Assembly: GCA_963824495.1 (NCBI GenBank)
Contig: CAWGPQ010000012.1
Coordinates: 1-53,862 of the forward strand
DNA length: 53,862 nt
Origin: an uncultured bacterium
GTDB taxonomy: Bacteria; Babelota; Babeliae; Babelales; Babelaceae
Direction of reading: 5' to 3'
In this document: one piece after another, positions 1 through 9,189 of the stretch
Layout: each line of letters starts with the position of its first letter
Position numbering within the stretch: the first letter of the stretch is position 1
Notes under the pieces: generated by a model
The model's input: only the letters and a program-made list of their open reading frames with translations
What the model was told of the DNA's origin: nothing
The model's database searches: none
Program-made: the position numbers and the translations under genes

Positions 1-825
1 ATTTTTAAAATCTGTAAGAAAATTAAATCTAGGTCTTGATTGAACAGTGCCGTAAATGTTGAGAAAACGTAACCCCATCATTTTCTTGGCACAAAAATAA
101 AGCGAACACATAATGAGAACGTCAGAAATACTGAGAATAAAGTAGTTCTCTCTCAAGTATGTTGAAGAAAATTCAAAAGGATTAAACGAGATTACCTCAA
201 GCACCAAATGAGGAAGTATCATGTATTTTATAAATATTTTTAATTGTGCTGATAGAATCTTTGGTATAGAAGAATGGTATAAGCCCTTGATAGCTTGATG
301 AATACTGAGAAAAGCTACAATAAATATATAAAAATATGCCATTCGAAATGCTAAAAATTCTAAACCTGGGCGAATATCGGGGGTGGTGGTAGTGTAAGAA
401 CTAATGGCGAGATATAGAAAATAGGCACTTAGTATTCCGCCAACTATTATTGATAGAATTTGACGATTGTTAAGCTTAAATTTCTGCTCTTTATGTATAA
501 GGCTATCGATAAAAAGTGATAGCGCTAAGTATTGAATGAGACTAAAAAGCCATCCAATCCGTACGCCAAATAAGCCAGTTGAATAGCTGATTTTGTAAAG
601 ATGTATTCTTCGGAGCAGGTCAATTATCCAATTTCCTTCGATAATTATGGCAGCCGTTACTATTGTAATGATCAAAAACCATGGCTTGCGCGATAATGTA
701 GAGCGAATATTAAGCCGTAGTAAAGCTGTTAAGATAAATGCTCTGCCAAACAATCCTAGAACTTTGATACCTAGTAATAATTCTGGACTGGTTAATAATT
801 CTTGAAATAGCTGAATTGATCGCAT
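1..825 (-). CDS. Multi-pass membrane protein, N-terminal 275 aa (runs off the left edge); candidate 7TM-type sensor/receptor domain
   Basis: Hand-translated: ATG at 825-823 and open to base 1 (MRSIQLFQELLTSPELLLGIKVLGLFGRAFILTALL...WFLIITIVTAAIIIEGNW...IPKILSAQLKIFIKYMILPHLVLE...KKMMGLRFLNIYG...FLTDFKN). About 7 hydrophobic segments. Missing from the ORF track because its stop lies outside the window. Confidence 0.8.
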   Translation of the reverse strand, partial: MRSIQLFQELLTSPELLLGIKVLGLFGRAFILTALLRLNIRSTLSRKPWFLIITIVTAAIIIEGNWIIDLLRRIHLYKISYSTGLFGVRIGWLFSLIQYLALSLFIDSLIHKEQKFKLNNRQILSIIVGGILSAYFLYLAISSYTTTTPDIRPGLEFLAFRMAYFYIFIVAFLSIHQAIKGLYHSSIPKILSAQLKIFIKYMILPHLVLEVISFNPFEFSSTYLRENYFILSISDVLIMCSLYFCAKKMMGLRFLNIYGTVQSRPRFNFLTDFKN

Positions 826-838
826 GATTAACTCTTGT

Positions 839-884
839 TGATATTTAATATCATATTAATTATACTATCTCTACACATTGTGTA
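839..884. promoter_or_regulatory. Two perfect palindromes in the divergent promoter region
   Basis: TGATATT-T-AATATCA (839-853) and TACACA-T-TGTGTA (872-884), between the membrane protein gene and the peptide genes. Confidence 0.45.
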
Positions 885-922
885 ACGTCTTACTAGTGTA
901 TAGCTTAACCAAAGGGATAAGG

Positions 923-1075
923 ATGTCTAATAATAAACAAATACTTCATATTTTGGCAAATAAATTTTTCATGAGCTTAATATTTTCATTGTGCTTATTA
1001 GGTGGCTCTGCGATTCAAAATTTCCAGTTGCCATCCGGAACTGGGGTCGGTGGATCAACTTCTGGGAAAAGCTAA
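923..1075 (+). CDS. Small secreted precursor peptide 1 (50 aa), core FQLPSGTGVGG
   Basis: ATG at 923 after AAGGGATAAGG; hydrophobic signal-like N-region; 10-aa core identical to the next ORF. Confidence 0.75.
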   Translation: MSNNKQILHILANKFFMSLIFSLCLLGGSAIQNFQLPSGTGVGGSTSGKS

Positions 1076-1135
1076 GTCAAAAATGCATAATCATTGCCCT
1101 GACAAACTGTGTGCCATTTAGCCTTAAGGAGGATT

Positions 1136-1327
1136 ATGCCTAAAGATAAACAAATCTTTGGAATTCCTACAAGTTTCTTATTTTCAATAACCGTATTTAC
1201 AGCTCTTATTGCTGGGGCTGCCAACATTTGGCAACTACCATCCGGAACTGGTGTAGGTGGTGAAGCAAGAACCAGTGCTGATGAAAAAAGTTCATCAGAT
1301 TCTCCAGCTAAAAAAGATGAGCTATAA
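1136..1327 (+). CDS. Small secreted precursor peptide 2 (63 aa), core WQLPSGTGVGG, C-terminus KKDEL
   Basis: Strong RBS AAGGAGG before ATG 1136; signal-like region ending AGA; shared core encoded with synonymous differences. Confidence 0.8.
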   Translation: MPKDKQIFGIPTSFLFSITVFTALIAGAANIWQLPSGTGVGGEARTSADEKSSSDSPAKKDEL

Positions 1328-1374
1328 GCAAAGAAGCAATTGAATAAGACCGGGTAAGGAAGTAGTAAGGTTGA

Positions 1375-1458
1375 GGTGTTAGTGAGCCAAGACCAATCAA
1401 GCAGGAGCCAGTTGATTCCTCAACCAAAATTGACCCCTCCACCGAAAAAGAACTATAA
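1375..1458 (+). pseudogene. Decayed C-terminal remnant of a third precursor peptide
   Basis: Reads GVSEPRPIKQEPVDSSTKIDPSTEKEL*, parallel to GVGGEARTSADEKSSSDSPAKKDEL*; in-frame stops upstream and no start codon. Confidence 0.4.
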
Positions 1459-1481
1459 ATATTCCTAAGTCTTTAAATTTA

Positions 1482-1520
1482 AAAGTGACCAGAAAACATA
1501 GAGTGCTTTCTGGTCACTTT
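1482..1520. terminator. Intrinsic terminator hairpin after the peptide genes
   Basis: AAAGTGACCAGAAA...TTTCTGGTCACTTT, a 14-bp inverted repeat. Confidence 0.7.
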
Positions 1521-1804
1521 AACTATCAAGTCTTGCTTAGGTTTTGTTTCAGCAAGTGGCAATCATTAAACCCAAGTTGACACAAATAATTATTTATATA
1601 AAATAATATATGCATACCTGAGCATTCGTCTTACATGCAGGCACCCAGTAGCGTGCTCTGTGTCCATCGAGCGCCACGTCTGTTTATAATGTATTTTTAG
1701 TTTTTTTATAAATAATTTCAAATAAGAATATTTTACATAGTAGGCACAGATTTTTAAAGAACAAAATAATTATGATTACATTACTCATCTAGCAGGTTCA
1801 CCCT

Positions 1805-3760
1805 ATGAATAGTACACGCTCTTATGTGCTTACTATGAGCATATTCGTTATAGCTTTAGGTTGGCAAAGTAGACTTAAACCAGATCAAATTGATCAAATT
1901 CAAACGCGTCTTATACCTCGCGAGGTATTGTTCACCGATGCTACTAAAAAACAGTTCAGTATTTCCCCCGATGGGACCCATCTTGCCTATATTGCTCATA
2001 GAAATGGTGTGTCAACTATATGGCTCAGAAATTTGAGTAGTAAAGACGATCATCCTCTTACTGATTATGCGGGGATAGCATCCTATGCTTGGTCACCTAC
2101 GGGCAGATCATTGTTGTATACTGGAAGCGAAAAAGGACGGGCTGCTCAAAGCAAACGTCAAATTAATTGTTTGTATAGTGTTGATCTACAGACGAGGAAA
2201 ACAAAAAGCTTAGTCTGTCTTGCAGCTACGCATGTACGTATTGTCTATGCTGGACCGAAAAGAGCTCACGATATACTTATCGAGCTCATTGACGATCACT
2301 CCCGGGCAACTGAGCTCTATGCAGTTGATCTTGCTTCTGGGAGGCTTACTCTTGCCGAAACTGAAGTCAAGACCGTTAAGTCGTGGCTTGTTGACGCAGC
2401 AGGAAGCGTACGTGGCAAAGTTATCGTACGTGATACTGGAGGCTGCGAGTTTTGGATTAAGGGCAATAAGCACGGAAGGTGGCAACGTATACTTTCGTTT
2501 GAGAGATGGTATGAATCAGATCATGTTAAAATTTTAGGTTTTAGTAACGATGGCACGAGTGTCTATATGCTCGATCCTCGCCCATCGGGTACCAATGAAC
2601 TCATTAAGCTCGATTGTTCCTCAGGACATACAACCGTTATTTTTAATGATCCACAGTATGATTGCACTGCGGTAATGCTGAATCGTGCTACCGGCCAACC
2701 ACAAGCAGTAACTGTTGCCGGAATCAAAAATAATATTGTTGCACTAGATGCTGCTTGTAAGCGTGATATAGGTACTATCCAGAGTGCTATTAAAGAAGAA
2801 GTTGCTATTGTAAGTCGCAGTGATGATGATACACGCTGGCTTATAGCGGTCAATAGTGACGTACAGCCAGGAAAAATGTACCTGTATAATCGACAAGCTC
2901 GTCAGTTAAGCCTTTTGTATACTACAAGACCAGAGTTAGAGAACTATGAACTTGCTCCCATGAACCATTTTGCTCTAAAAGCTCGTGATGGACTTAAACT
3001 CGAGGGCTATGTAACCTACCCTGTAGGTATTAAGAAAAATAAGCTGCCGATGGTGCTTATGGTTCATGGAGGACCACATGAGCGGGATGCATGGGGCTGC
3101 AATCTTGCTGTTCAACTATTAGCTAATCGCGGATACCTCTGTGTCCAAGTAAACTTTCGTGGATCAGTTGGCTATGGAAAGGCTTTTGCTCAAGCCAATG
3201 CCAAAGAATGGGGTGGCAAAATGCATGATGACCTGCTTGATACTGTTCAGTACTTTATTGATCAAGGCATTGCAGATCCTCAAAAAATTGCAATCTATGG
3301 TCAATCATACGGTGGCTATGCAGCTCTCTGTGGTGCAGCTTTTACTCCCGATATTTTTCAGTGTGCTATAAGCTGTGCAGGACCAAGTAATTTAATAACC
3401 ACGGTTAATGCGTGCCTTGAAAATTATAGTTGTGGCTATGAATTTTGTAGCAAAGAATTTGGCAAACTCGATACGAATCAAGAATTTTTGAAATCTCGTT
3501 CGCCACTATGCAGAGTAGATGCTATTAAGATACCTGTTTTAATCGTTAATGGTGGCCAAGATCAACGTGTCAGAAAAGAAGAAGTTGAAGAATTTGTTGC
3601 TAAGCTTAAAGAGCACCGTGTCTCTTACAAGCATATTTTCTTTCCCGATGAAGGACACGGTATTATCCAGCTAAAAAATCGTTTACACTTTTGTGCTCAT
3701 GTTGAGGAATTCTTAGCAAAAGCTCTTGGTGGTCGTTGCCAAGATTGTCTTTGCTTATAA
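1805..3760 (+). CDS. S9 family (prolyl oligopeptidase/acylaminoacyl peptidase-like) serine peptidase, probably exported
   Basis: Beta-propeller SPDG repeats, VHGGP, NFRGS, nucleophile GQSYGG, DQRV, DEGHG; hydrophobic N-terminus. Confidence 0.92.
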   Translation: MNSTRSYVLTMSIFVIALGWQSRLKPDQIDQIQTRLIPREVLFTDATKKQFSISPDGTHLAYIAHRNGVSTIWLRNLSSKDDHPLTDYAGIASYAWSPTGRSLLYTGSEKGRAAQSKRQINCLYSVDLQTRKTKSLVCLAATHVRIVYAGPKRAHDILIELIDDHSRATELYAVDLASGRLTLAETEVKTVKSWLVDAAGSVRGKVIVRDTGGCEFWIKGNKHGRWQRILSFERWYESDHVKILGFSNDGTSVYMLDPRPSGTNELIKLDCSSGHTTVIFNDPQYDCTAVMLNRATGQPQAVTVAGIKNNIVALDAACKRDIGTIQSAIKEEVAIVSRSDDDTRWLIAVNSDVQPGKMYLYNRQARQLSLLYTTRPELENYELAPMNHFALKARDGLKLEGYVTYPVGIKKNKLPMVLMVHGGPHERDAWGCNLAVQLLANRGYLCVQVNFRGSVGYGKAFAQANAKEWGGKMHDDLLDTVQYFIDQGIADPQKIAIYGQSYGGYAALCGAAFTPDIFQCAISCAGPSNLITTVNACLENYSCGYEFCSKEFGKLDTNQEFLKSRSPLCRVDAIKIPVLIVNGGQDQRVRKEEVEEFVAKLKEHRVSYKHIFFPDEGHGIIQLKNRLHFCAHVEEFLAKALGGRCQDCLCL

Positions 3761-3772
3761 TCTAGGATTATT

Positions 3773-5725
3773 ATGTTTATAAAAGCACAGTCTTTAGTCA
3801 CGGTATTTAATAGTTTCATTCTTGCGTTTGCTTTGGGAGTTAATGGGCTTGATATACAAACATCTCAAGTGCCGCTTATTCCGCGAAGTGTCTTGTGTAG
3901 CAGTGCTGAAAAATCACGTATCTCTATTTCGCCTGATGGGAAAAAGGTTGCCTATCTTGCTGAAGCTGAAGGCCTGCCTGCCCTCTGGTTAAAGACCATT
4001 GGCACAGATGATGATCACGCTATTGCTTGCACTATGAGTGATATTGGCATCTATGATTATGCCTGGTCGCCCGATAGCACTATGCTCGTATATATAAGCC
4101 CTGAGGAAAAAATCTGTTCAGAAGAACTATGCGATAATGCAAGCTCTATCTGTATCTATAGTGTACACGTGGACTCTCATGAGAAGAAAACGCTTGCATG
4201 TTTTATAAATGTAATGCCCCAAATTATATACGCCGGCAAGAAAAGACCTCATGATATTTTAATAGAATTACATGACGACGATCCTGAGCAGAGTGGTTTA
4301 TATGCGCTCAATTGTACTTCAGGAGATATTTCCCTTATTCATGCTGAATATCGAAGAGTTCAGCATTATTTTATTAATAACCAGGGCGAGGTTCACGGTA
4401 AGTATATTACACATGATAGTGGTTATGATCTTTGGATTAAAGATAACAAAAATGATCCATGGACGCTTGTGTTCTCTTTAGATGATTCTGATGAGTCAGA
4501 TAAAGTTCAGGTGCTTGGTGTAAGCTCTGATGGTAACGATATTTATATGCTTGACTCTCGTTTTTCTAATACCAAGCAACTGGTAAAACTTGATAGTAGT
4601 ACAAAAAAGAGTACGGTTATTTTTAACGATTCAGGTTATGATACTGTTGGCGCAGTTCTTGACAACAGTACGAATGAGCCTCAAATAGTAATTGTAGAGC
4701 GAGCTCAGCCTGATATGATTGCTTTAGACCCTGCACTTGAGAGTGCTATAAAAAAGATTAAAAATATCACGCAAGCACCCTTTACTATCCGTAGCAGGAG
4801 CTATGATGACAAGCACTGGCTTATAGCCGTTCTGAGCGATACGATTCCTTGCTATTATGTATATGATCGTGAAGCTAGTACTATGACATTTCTATTTGAT
4901 CTTATGCCTGCATTAAGAAAATATACTCTAGCTTCTACACAAGCATTTACTATAACTGCTCGTGATGGGCTTAAGCTTGAGGGATACGTTACCTACCCTG
5001 TGGGTGTTGAGAGAAATAAATTGCCCATGGTACTTATGGTTCATGGTGGACCGTATTCTCGCGATACATGGGGATGCGATTTGGATGTACAATGGCTAGC
5101 AAATCGTGGCTATATGTGTGTTCAAGTAAATTTTAGGGGCTCTACTGGCTACGGTAAAGATTTTGTAAGAGCCAGTATAAAAGAATGGGGTGCTGCTATG
5201 CACAACGATCTTATCGATACCGTTAATTATTTTGTAGATTACGGCATTGCAGACTCTCAAAAAATCGCAATTTATGGTAAATCATATGGTGGCTATGCAG
5301 CTTTATGTGGTGCAGCTTTTACTCCTAATATTTTTCGTTGTGCTATCGATGTAGTTGGACCAAGTAATTTGATTAATTTCGTGCAATCCTATAGTACCAC
5401 TTTTCCGGCCGCGCAAAAGCACGCTGTCAATATGATAGGTGATCCTGTTACTGAAAAAGATTTATTAAAATCGCGCTCTCCATTCTTTAGCGTAGAAAAT
5501 ATAAAAATACCTATTCTTATTGCTCATGGTGGTCAAGATCAACGTGTTAAGCAAGAAGAAGTTGAACAGTTTGTGGATGCATTAAAAAAACATGCCGTAC
5601 CGCATGAATATCTTTTGTTTCCTGATGAAGGTCATGGTATAGCCGGAATGGAAAATCTTATGGATTTTTACGCTCACGTTGAAAAATTCTTAGCTGATAC
5701 ACTGGGCGGCCGTTATCAAAATTAA
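3773..5725 (+). CDS. S9 family serine peptidase, tandem paralog
   Basis: VHGGP, GKSYGG, DQRV, DEGHG; signal-like N-terminus; 12 bp from the previous gene. Confidence 0.92.
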   Translation: MFIKAQSLVTVFNSFILAFALGVNGLDIQTSQVPLIPRSVLCSSAEKSRISISPDGKKVAYLAEAEGLPALWLKTIGTDDDHAIACTMSDIGIYDYAWSPDSTMLVYISPEEKICSEELCDNASSICIYSVHVDSHEKKTLACFINVMPQIIYAGKKRPHDILIELHDDDPEQSGLYALNCTSGDISLIHAEYRRVQHYFINNQGEVHGKYITHDSGYDLWIKDNKNDPWTLVFSLDDSDESDKVQVLGVSSDGNDIYMLDSRFSNTKQLVKLDSSTKKSTVIFNDSGYDTVGAVLDNSTNEPQIVIVERAQPDMIALDPALESAIKKIKNITQAPFTIRSRSYDDKHWLIAVLSDTIPCYYVYDREASTMTFLFDLMPALRKYTLASTQAFTITARDGLKLEGYVTYPVGVERNKLPMVLMVHGGPYSRDTWGCDLDVQWLANRGYMCVQVNFRGSTGYGKDFVRASIKEWGAAMHNDLIDTVNYFVDYGIADSQKIAIYGKSYGGYAALCGAAFTPNIFRCAIDVVGPSNLINFVQSYSTTFPAAQKHAVNMIGDPVTEKDLLKSRSPFFSVENIKIPILIAHGGQDQRVKQEEVEQFVDALKKHAVPHEYLLFPDEGHGIAGMENLMDFYAHVEKFLADTLGGRYQN

Positions 5726-5817
5726 TTATTTATAATTTTTTAAAAAAATCACTTGTTATTATATATAAAATTAGAAGATTGCTATTTGAAGAAATATGCC
5801 ATAAATAAAGATATAAC

Positions 5818-7200
5818 ATGAACAAGCACAGTGTAACATTAGTAAGTTTTATAATCTTTTTCCTTGGCCCAAATCAGCTCATAGGCATGCAGCTTTTCGA
5901 GTAAGAACAACTTAAACTCAATGAGCAATTGTTAGATGCAGCAGAAAGAGGGAATAAAGCTGCCATAATCTCTTCGCTAGAGCATGGTGCCAATGTTAAC
6001 CATATTTACAATAACGGCCGTACTGCCCTTATAGCAGCGGCTCTATATGGTCATACGGAAGTTGCTAGGTTACTTATAACACATGGTGCTAACGTTAATC
6101 TTGCCGCTACCGATTATAAGCATATGAGCCATACAGCTCTTAGAGTCGCATCACGTAATGGTAATATTGATGTGGTTAAGCTTTTGCTAGAACAAGGTGC
6201 TGATGTTGACCTTGATGGCAGTGATGGCTCTACGGCCCTTATGTGCGCAGCTGGAAATGGGCATAGGGATGTAGTTAAAACACTTTTAGAGTATGGTGCT
6301 CATGTTAATGGTGCTGATATGTATGACGAAACTGCTCTTATGCAGGCAGTTTGTAGTGGATATACAGACATAGTTAGAATACTAGTATGTTATGGTGGTA
6401 TGTTATCTTCTGCGTTATTGACTGAAAATAGGCATATCATGACAAGAGGTTTAGCGAAAAGTGGCATTTCGCCGCTAGCTCAAGCAATTATTGCTAGGGA
6501 TACTGATATTATTACAAGGCTTTTTGCTGAAGAAAATGGTTCCATTTTCGGTAGATTCATGGGCTATTTCTTAACCTACAGAGTTAATTATCGCGATAAT
6601 TTTGGTATGACAGCATTACACTGGGCAGCTGCTCAAAATTATGGAGCACTTGTTGAAGATTTACTTGTTGAGTATAACCCTGATCTAGATATACAAGATA
6701 ACGATGGCAATACAGCACTTCATTATGCTGCACGCAGTGGTAACGAGCTTATTCTTCAAATATTACTTGCTCATGGTGCAGATATTAACGCTCAAAATAA
6801 CGATGGTAATACAGTGTTACATGTAGCGGCTCAAGCTGGGCATACGGCTATCGTTCAATGTCTTATTCGTCATGATACGGCTACCGTAGATTTTATTAAT
6901 AGAATTAATAATCAACGCTTATCAGCTTGGTCTCTCGCTCGTAGATGCAACCATCAAGATATTGTGCAGCTTCTTAACCCCATTGGCAGGTCAAGCACTG
7001 CTTCGTTTACTATCAACTCATGGCCAAGAAGGATGCTTGGGTGCACTCTATACCAATAACAATACAAATAGTACAGCGCAGCCTTTAACTAGTGTACCCG
7101 ATGGTACACTGCCCCCGAACTTGCAGCCTACATTGTCAATTTTGTTCTTACTCAAAGGCAACCTACTCGGTTAAGGTCAAATTCTAACTCAAATTCTTAG
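5818..7200 (+). pseudogene. Ankyrin-repeat protein pseudogene (paralog of 9190..10527)
   Basis: ATG 5818 MNKHSVTLVSFIIFFLGPNQLIGMQLFE then in-frame TAA at 5902-5904. Ankyrin repeats 5929-6980. The C-terminal tail (QALLRLLSTHGQEGCLGALYTNNN) is shifted out of frame near 6980 and again near 7115. Confidence 0.8.
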
Positions 7201-7427
7201 CTTCTCACCTAATTATGACGTGTTGCACTGAGCTCCAGCACGGTGTTTCCAGCGCTCAGTGAATAAGCACTATTTGAGCGATGCATCTCAAGTTGCTTTT
7301 TAGTTTAACGGTATCAGTGGTTTTGATTTTAACTCATTGGACAAAACCTGAGAGCGTACGTTAATTTAATAATTACAAGATCGTTATTGTATATAACACA
7401 TGACCTATAGTTCAAACAAAGGCGCTT

Positions 7428-8426
7428 ATGATTAACTATATTTTTGCATTGACAAGCCTTAGTATCGTTTCGTTTAGTTCACATCAGCTTATAAGTATGC
7501 AAGCAGTTAACCAAGAGCATCAACTTACAGTATTAGAATATCATGGTGCTTGTGTTAATGATGCCACTATACTTAATGGGACTGCTCTTATAGAAGCAGC
7601 TTTTTATGGGCATATAGAAAGAGTTAAAGCACTCATTGAACAGGGAGCTGACGTTAATGCTACTGATAGCTTTGGCAAAAGTGCCCTTACGATAGCAGCG
7701 TTGTATGAACGTACAAGGATAGCTAAAATGCTTATGCGCCACGGTGCTGTTATAGCTCCCAATTTACCGGCGAGAGATAAGGATACTATTCTACAACTAT
7801 TAACACGCAGCATAAGCTCAATCCTAGTACAAGCAATTGTCATCAGAGATAGTGATGCCGTTAAGAGACTGCTTGCTCGTGAAAGTCTTACTACTCAAGA
7901 TGAGTTTGGCATGACAGCGTTACATTGGGCAGTTGCCCAGAATTATGAAGAGCTCGTTCAAGACTTACTTACCGTGTATAAGCCCCATCTTACTCTACGA
8001 GACAACGAGGGCAATACTGCCCTACACTTAGCTGCACGTAATGGCAATAATAGTATTCTTCAAGTATTACTAGCTCATGGTGCAGATATTAATGTTCAAA
8101 ATAGACAGGGCAATACAGCGTTACACTTAGTCACTCAAGCTGGCAACGGAGCTCTTATACAACAGTTACTGAGAGCTGGAGCTCGTACTGCTATAAGAAA
8201 TGCTGACGGTAACACTATGTATCAACTGATTGATCGGCATCCTGATGAAACTACAAGAGATGAGCTCAGGAAAATTGTGCTAGCACGAGCGTTAAATAGC
8301 CCTGTTGTTTTACGAGACCTTATGGCACCTCACCGCCAGCTTACTTCTTATCTGCCTCCAAGTGTTGCTCAGAATATTTTATGCTTTTTGCCCGGATATA
8401 GTTTACCAGAAAGATCAGATCACTAA
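7428..8426 (+). CDS. Secreted ankyrin-repeat protein with C-terminal F-box-like motif
   Basis: Signal-like N-terminus ending LISMQ; GxTALH ankyrin repeats; LPPSVAQNILCFL near the C-terminus. Confidence 0.88.
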   Translation: MINYIFALTSLSIVSFSSHQLISMQAVNQEHQLTVLEYHGACVNDATILNGTALIEAAFYGHIERVKALIEQGADVNATDSFGKSALTIAALYERTRIAKMLMRHGAVIAPNLPARDKDTILQLLTRSISSILVQAIVIRDSDAVKRLLARESLTTQDEFGMTALHWAVAQNYEELVQDLLTVYKPHLTLRDNEGNTALHLAARNGNNSILQVLLAHGADINVQNRQGNTALHLVTQAGNGALIQQLLRAGARTAIRNADGNTMYQLIDRHPDETTRDELRKIVLARALNSPVVLRDLMAPHRQLTSYLPPSVAQNILCFLPGYSLPERSDH

Positions 8427-8520
8427 GTTGATCGTGCTTTTTTAGAGTACTCAAGGGCTAAAGATGCGCTGGGCACAGGTATTTCGAAATATTAAATTTA
8501 GGTAAAGTGAAACTTCACTG

Positions 8521-9080
8521 TTAGATGTGATTTTTAAAGGGTCCTAAGTCTATATGAGCTTCCTGTTTTAAGCTTTTTTTAAGGCGCTCTAAAGCTTCCT
8601 TATTGGCGGATCAAATAGCCATAGTCCCTCTTCCGGTATCTCTTTTAGAGGTTCTAAAATGATTTTATCATCTTGCACGTAGACACGGTATATAGAGATT
8701 GATACTCACCAGCTTAAAAGCAGGTGATTCTTGTTTCAGCGACATAGCCCACGAGAAAGACGCTTGGTTTTTGCATACTGTTATTTCCTCTTGCGAGGTT
8801 TTACAGAACATCGTAATTCAAACCATACCCTCGCAGGTCTCACATTGTCTCCACAAGCTTTACTTTGGGAATGCCCTTCTCTAGTTTGATAATCACCTAT
8901 TACTATTAAGTTACCGTATTTTTAAATTTAAACAAGCAAAATAGCAAAGCTATTTCACTTTGTTGTGCTCTGTTTCATCCCTTTGCTAAAGCAAGGGGTT
9001 TTTACACAGGGATTCAATAGATTTTTTGTAACTTTGGTTAAAGATACCCTATTGCGAGCATCGAGTTTTAAATAAGAAAG
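8521..9080 (-). pseudogene. AbrB/MazE-like antitoxin pseudogene split by a non-autonomous IS605-type element
   Basis: Removing 8699-9013 gives an in-frame LSYLKLDARNRVSLTKVTKNLLISIYRVYVQDDKIILEPLKEIPEEGLWLFDP; further frameshifts lead to ...NKEALERLKKSLK...HIDLGPFKNHI*. Confidence 0.65.
8699..9013 (-). mobile_element. Non-autonomous IS200/IS605-type element (PATE/MITE-like) with omegaRNA-like right end, copy 1
   Basis: Minus strand: left-end hairpin CCCCTTGCTTTAGCAAAGGGATGAA and right end CAAGAATCACCTGCTTTTAAGCTGGTGAGTATCAA. Inserted 3' of TTGA with no target duplication. Second copy at 45150-45371. Confidence 0.75.
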
Positions 9081-9105
9081 TACCTATTTTTCGTTCCTAA
9101 CTTAT

Positions 9106-9134
9106 TTGACACGGTATAGGATATGAGTTAAATT
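9106..9134 (+). promoter_or_regulatory. Putative sigma70 promoter of the 9190 ankyrin gene
   Basis: TTGACA, 17-nt spacer, TAAATT, followed by an AT-rich tract. Confidence 0.45.
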
Positions 9135-9189
9135 AATAATTATAAATTATTGTGTTAAATCAGAGGCATATCATAAACAGTGGGCAAAT

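Noticed and set aside
1101..1116. Sigma54-like TGGCACACAGTTTGT on the minus strand
   Set aside because: The -12 element is GT rather than GC and it points antisense to the peptide genes
7218..7270. Imperfect hairpin (CACTGAGC...GCTCAGTG) after the ankyrin pseudogene
   Set aside because: Single occurrence with no clear U tract; no function can be assigned
8699..8884. 61-aa ORF in the track
   Set aside because: Antisense to the omegaRNA-like element and not conserved as an ORF in copy 2
8679..9125. GACACGGTATA shared between the copy-1 guide flank and the -35 region of the 9190 promoter
   Set aside because: The TAM-proximal bases mismatch, no TTGA precedes the site, and the flank is explained as antitoxin coding sequence
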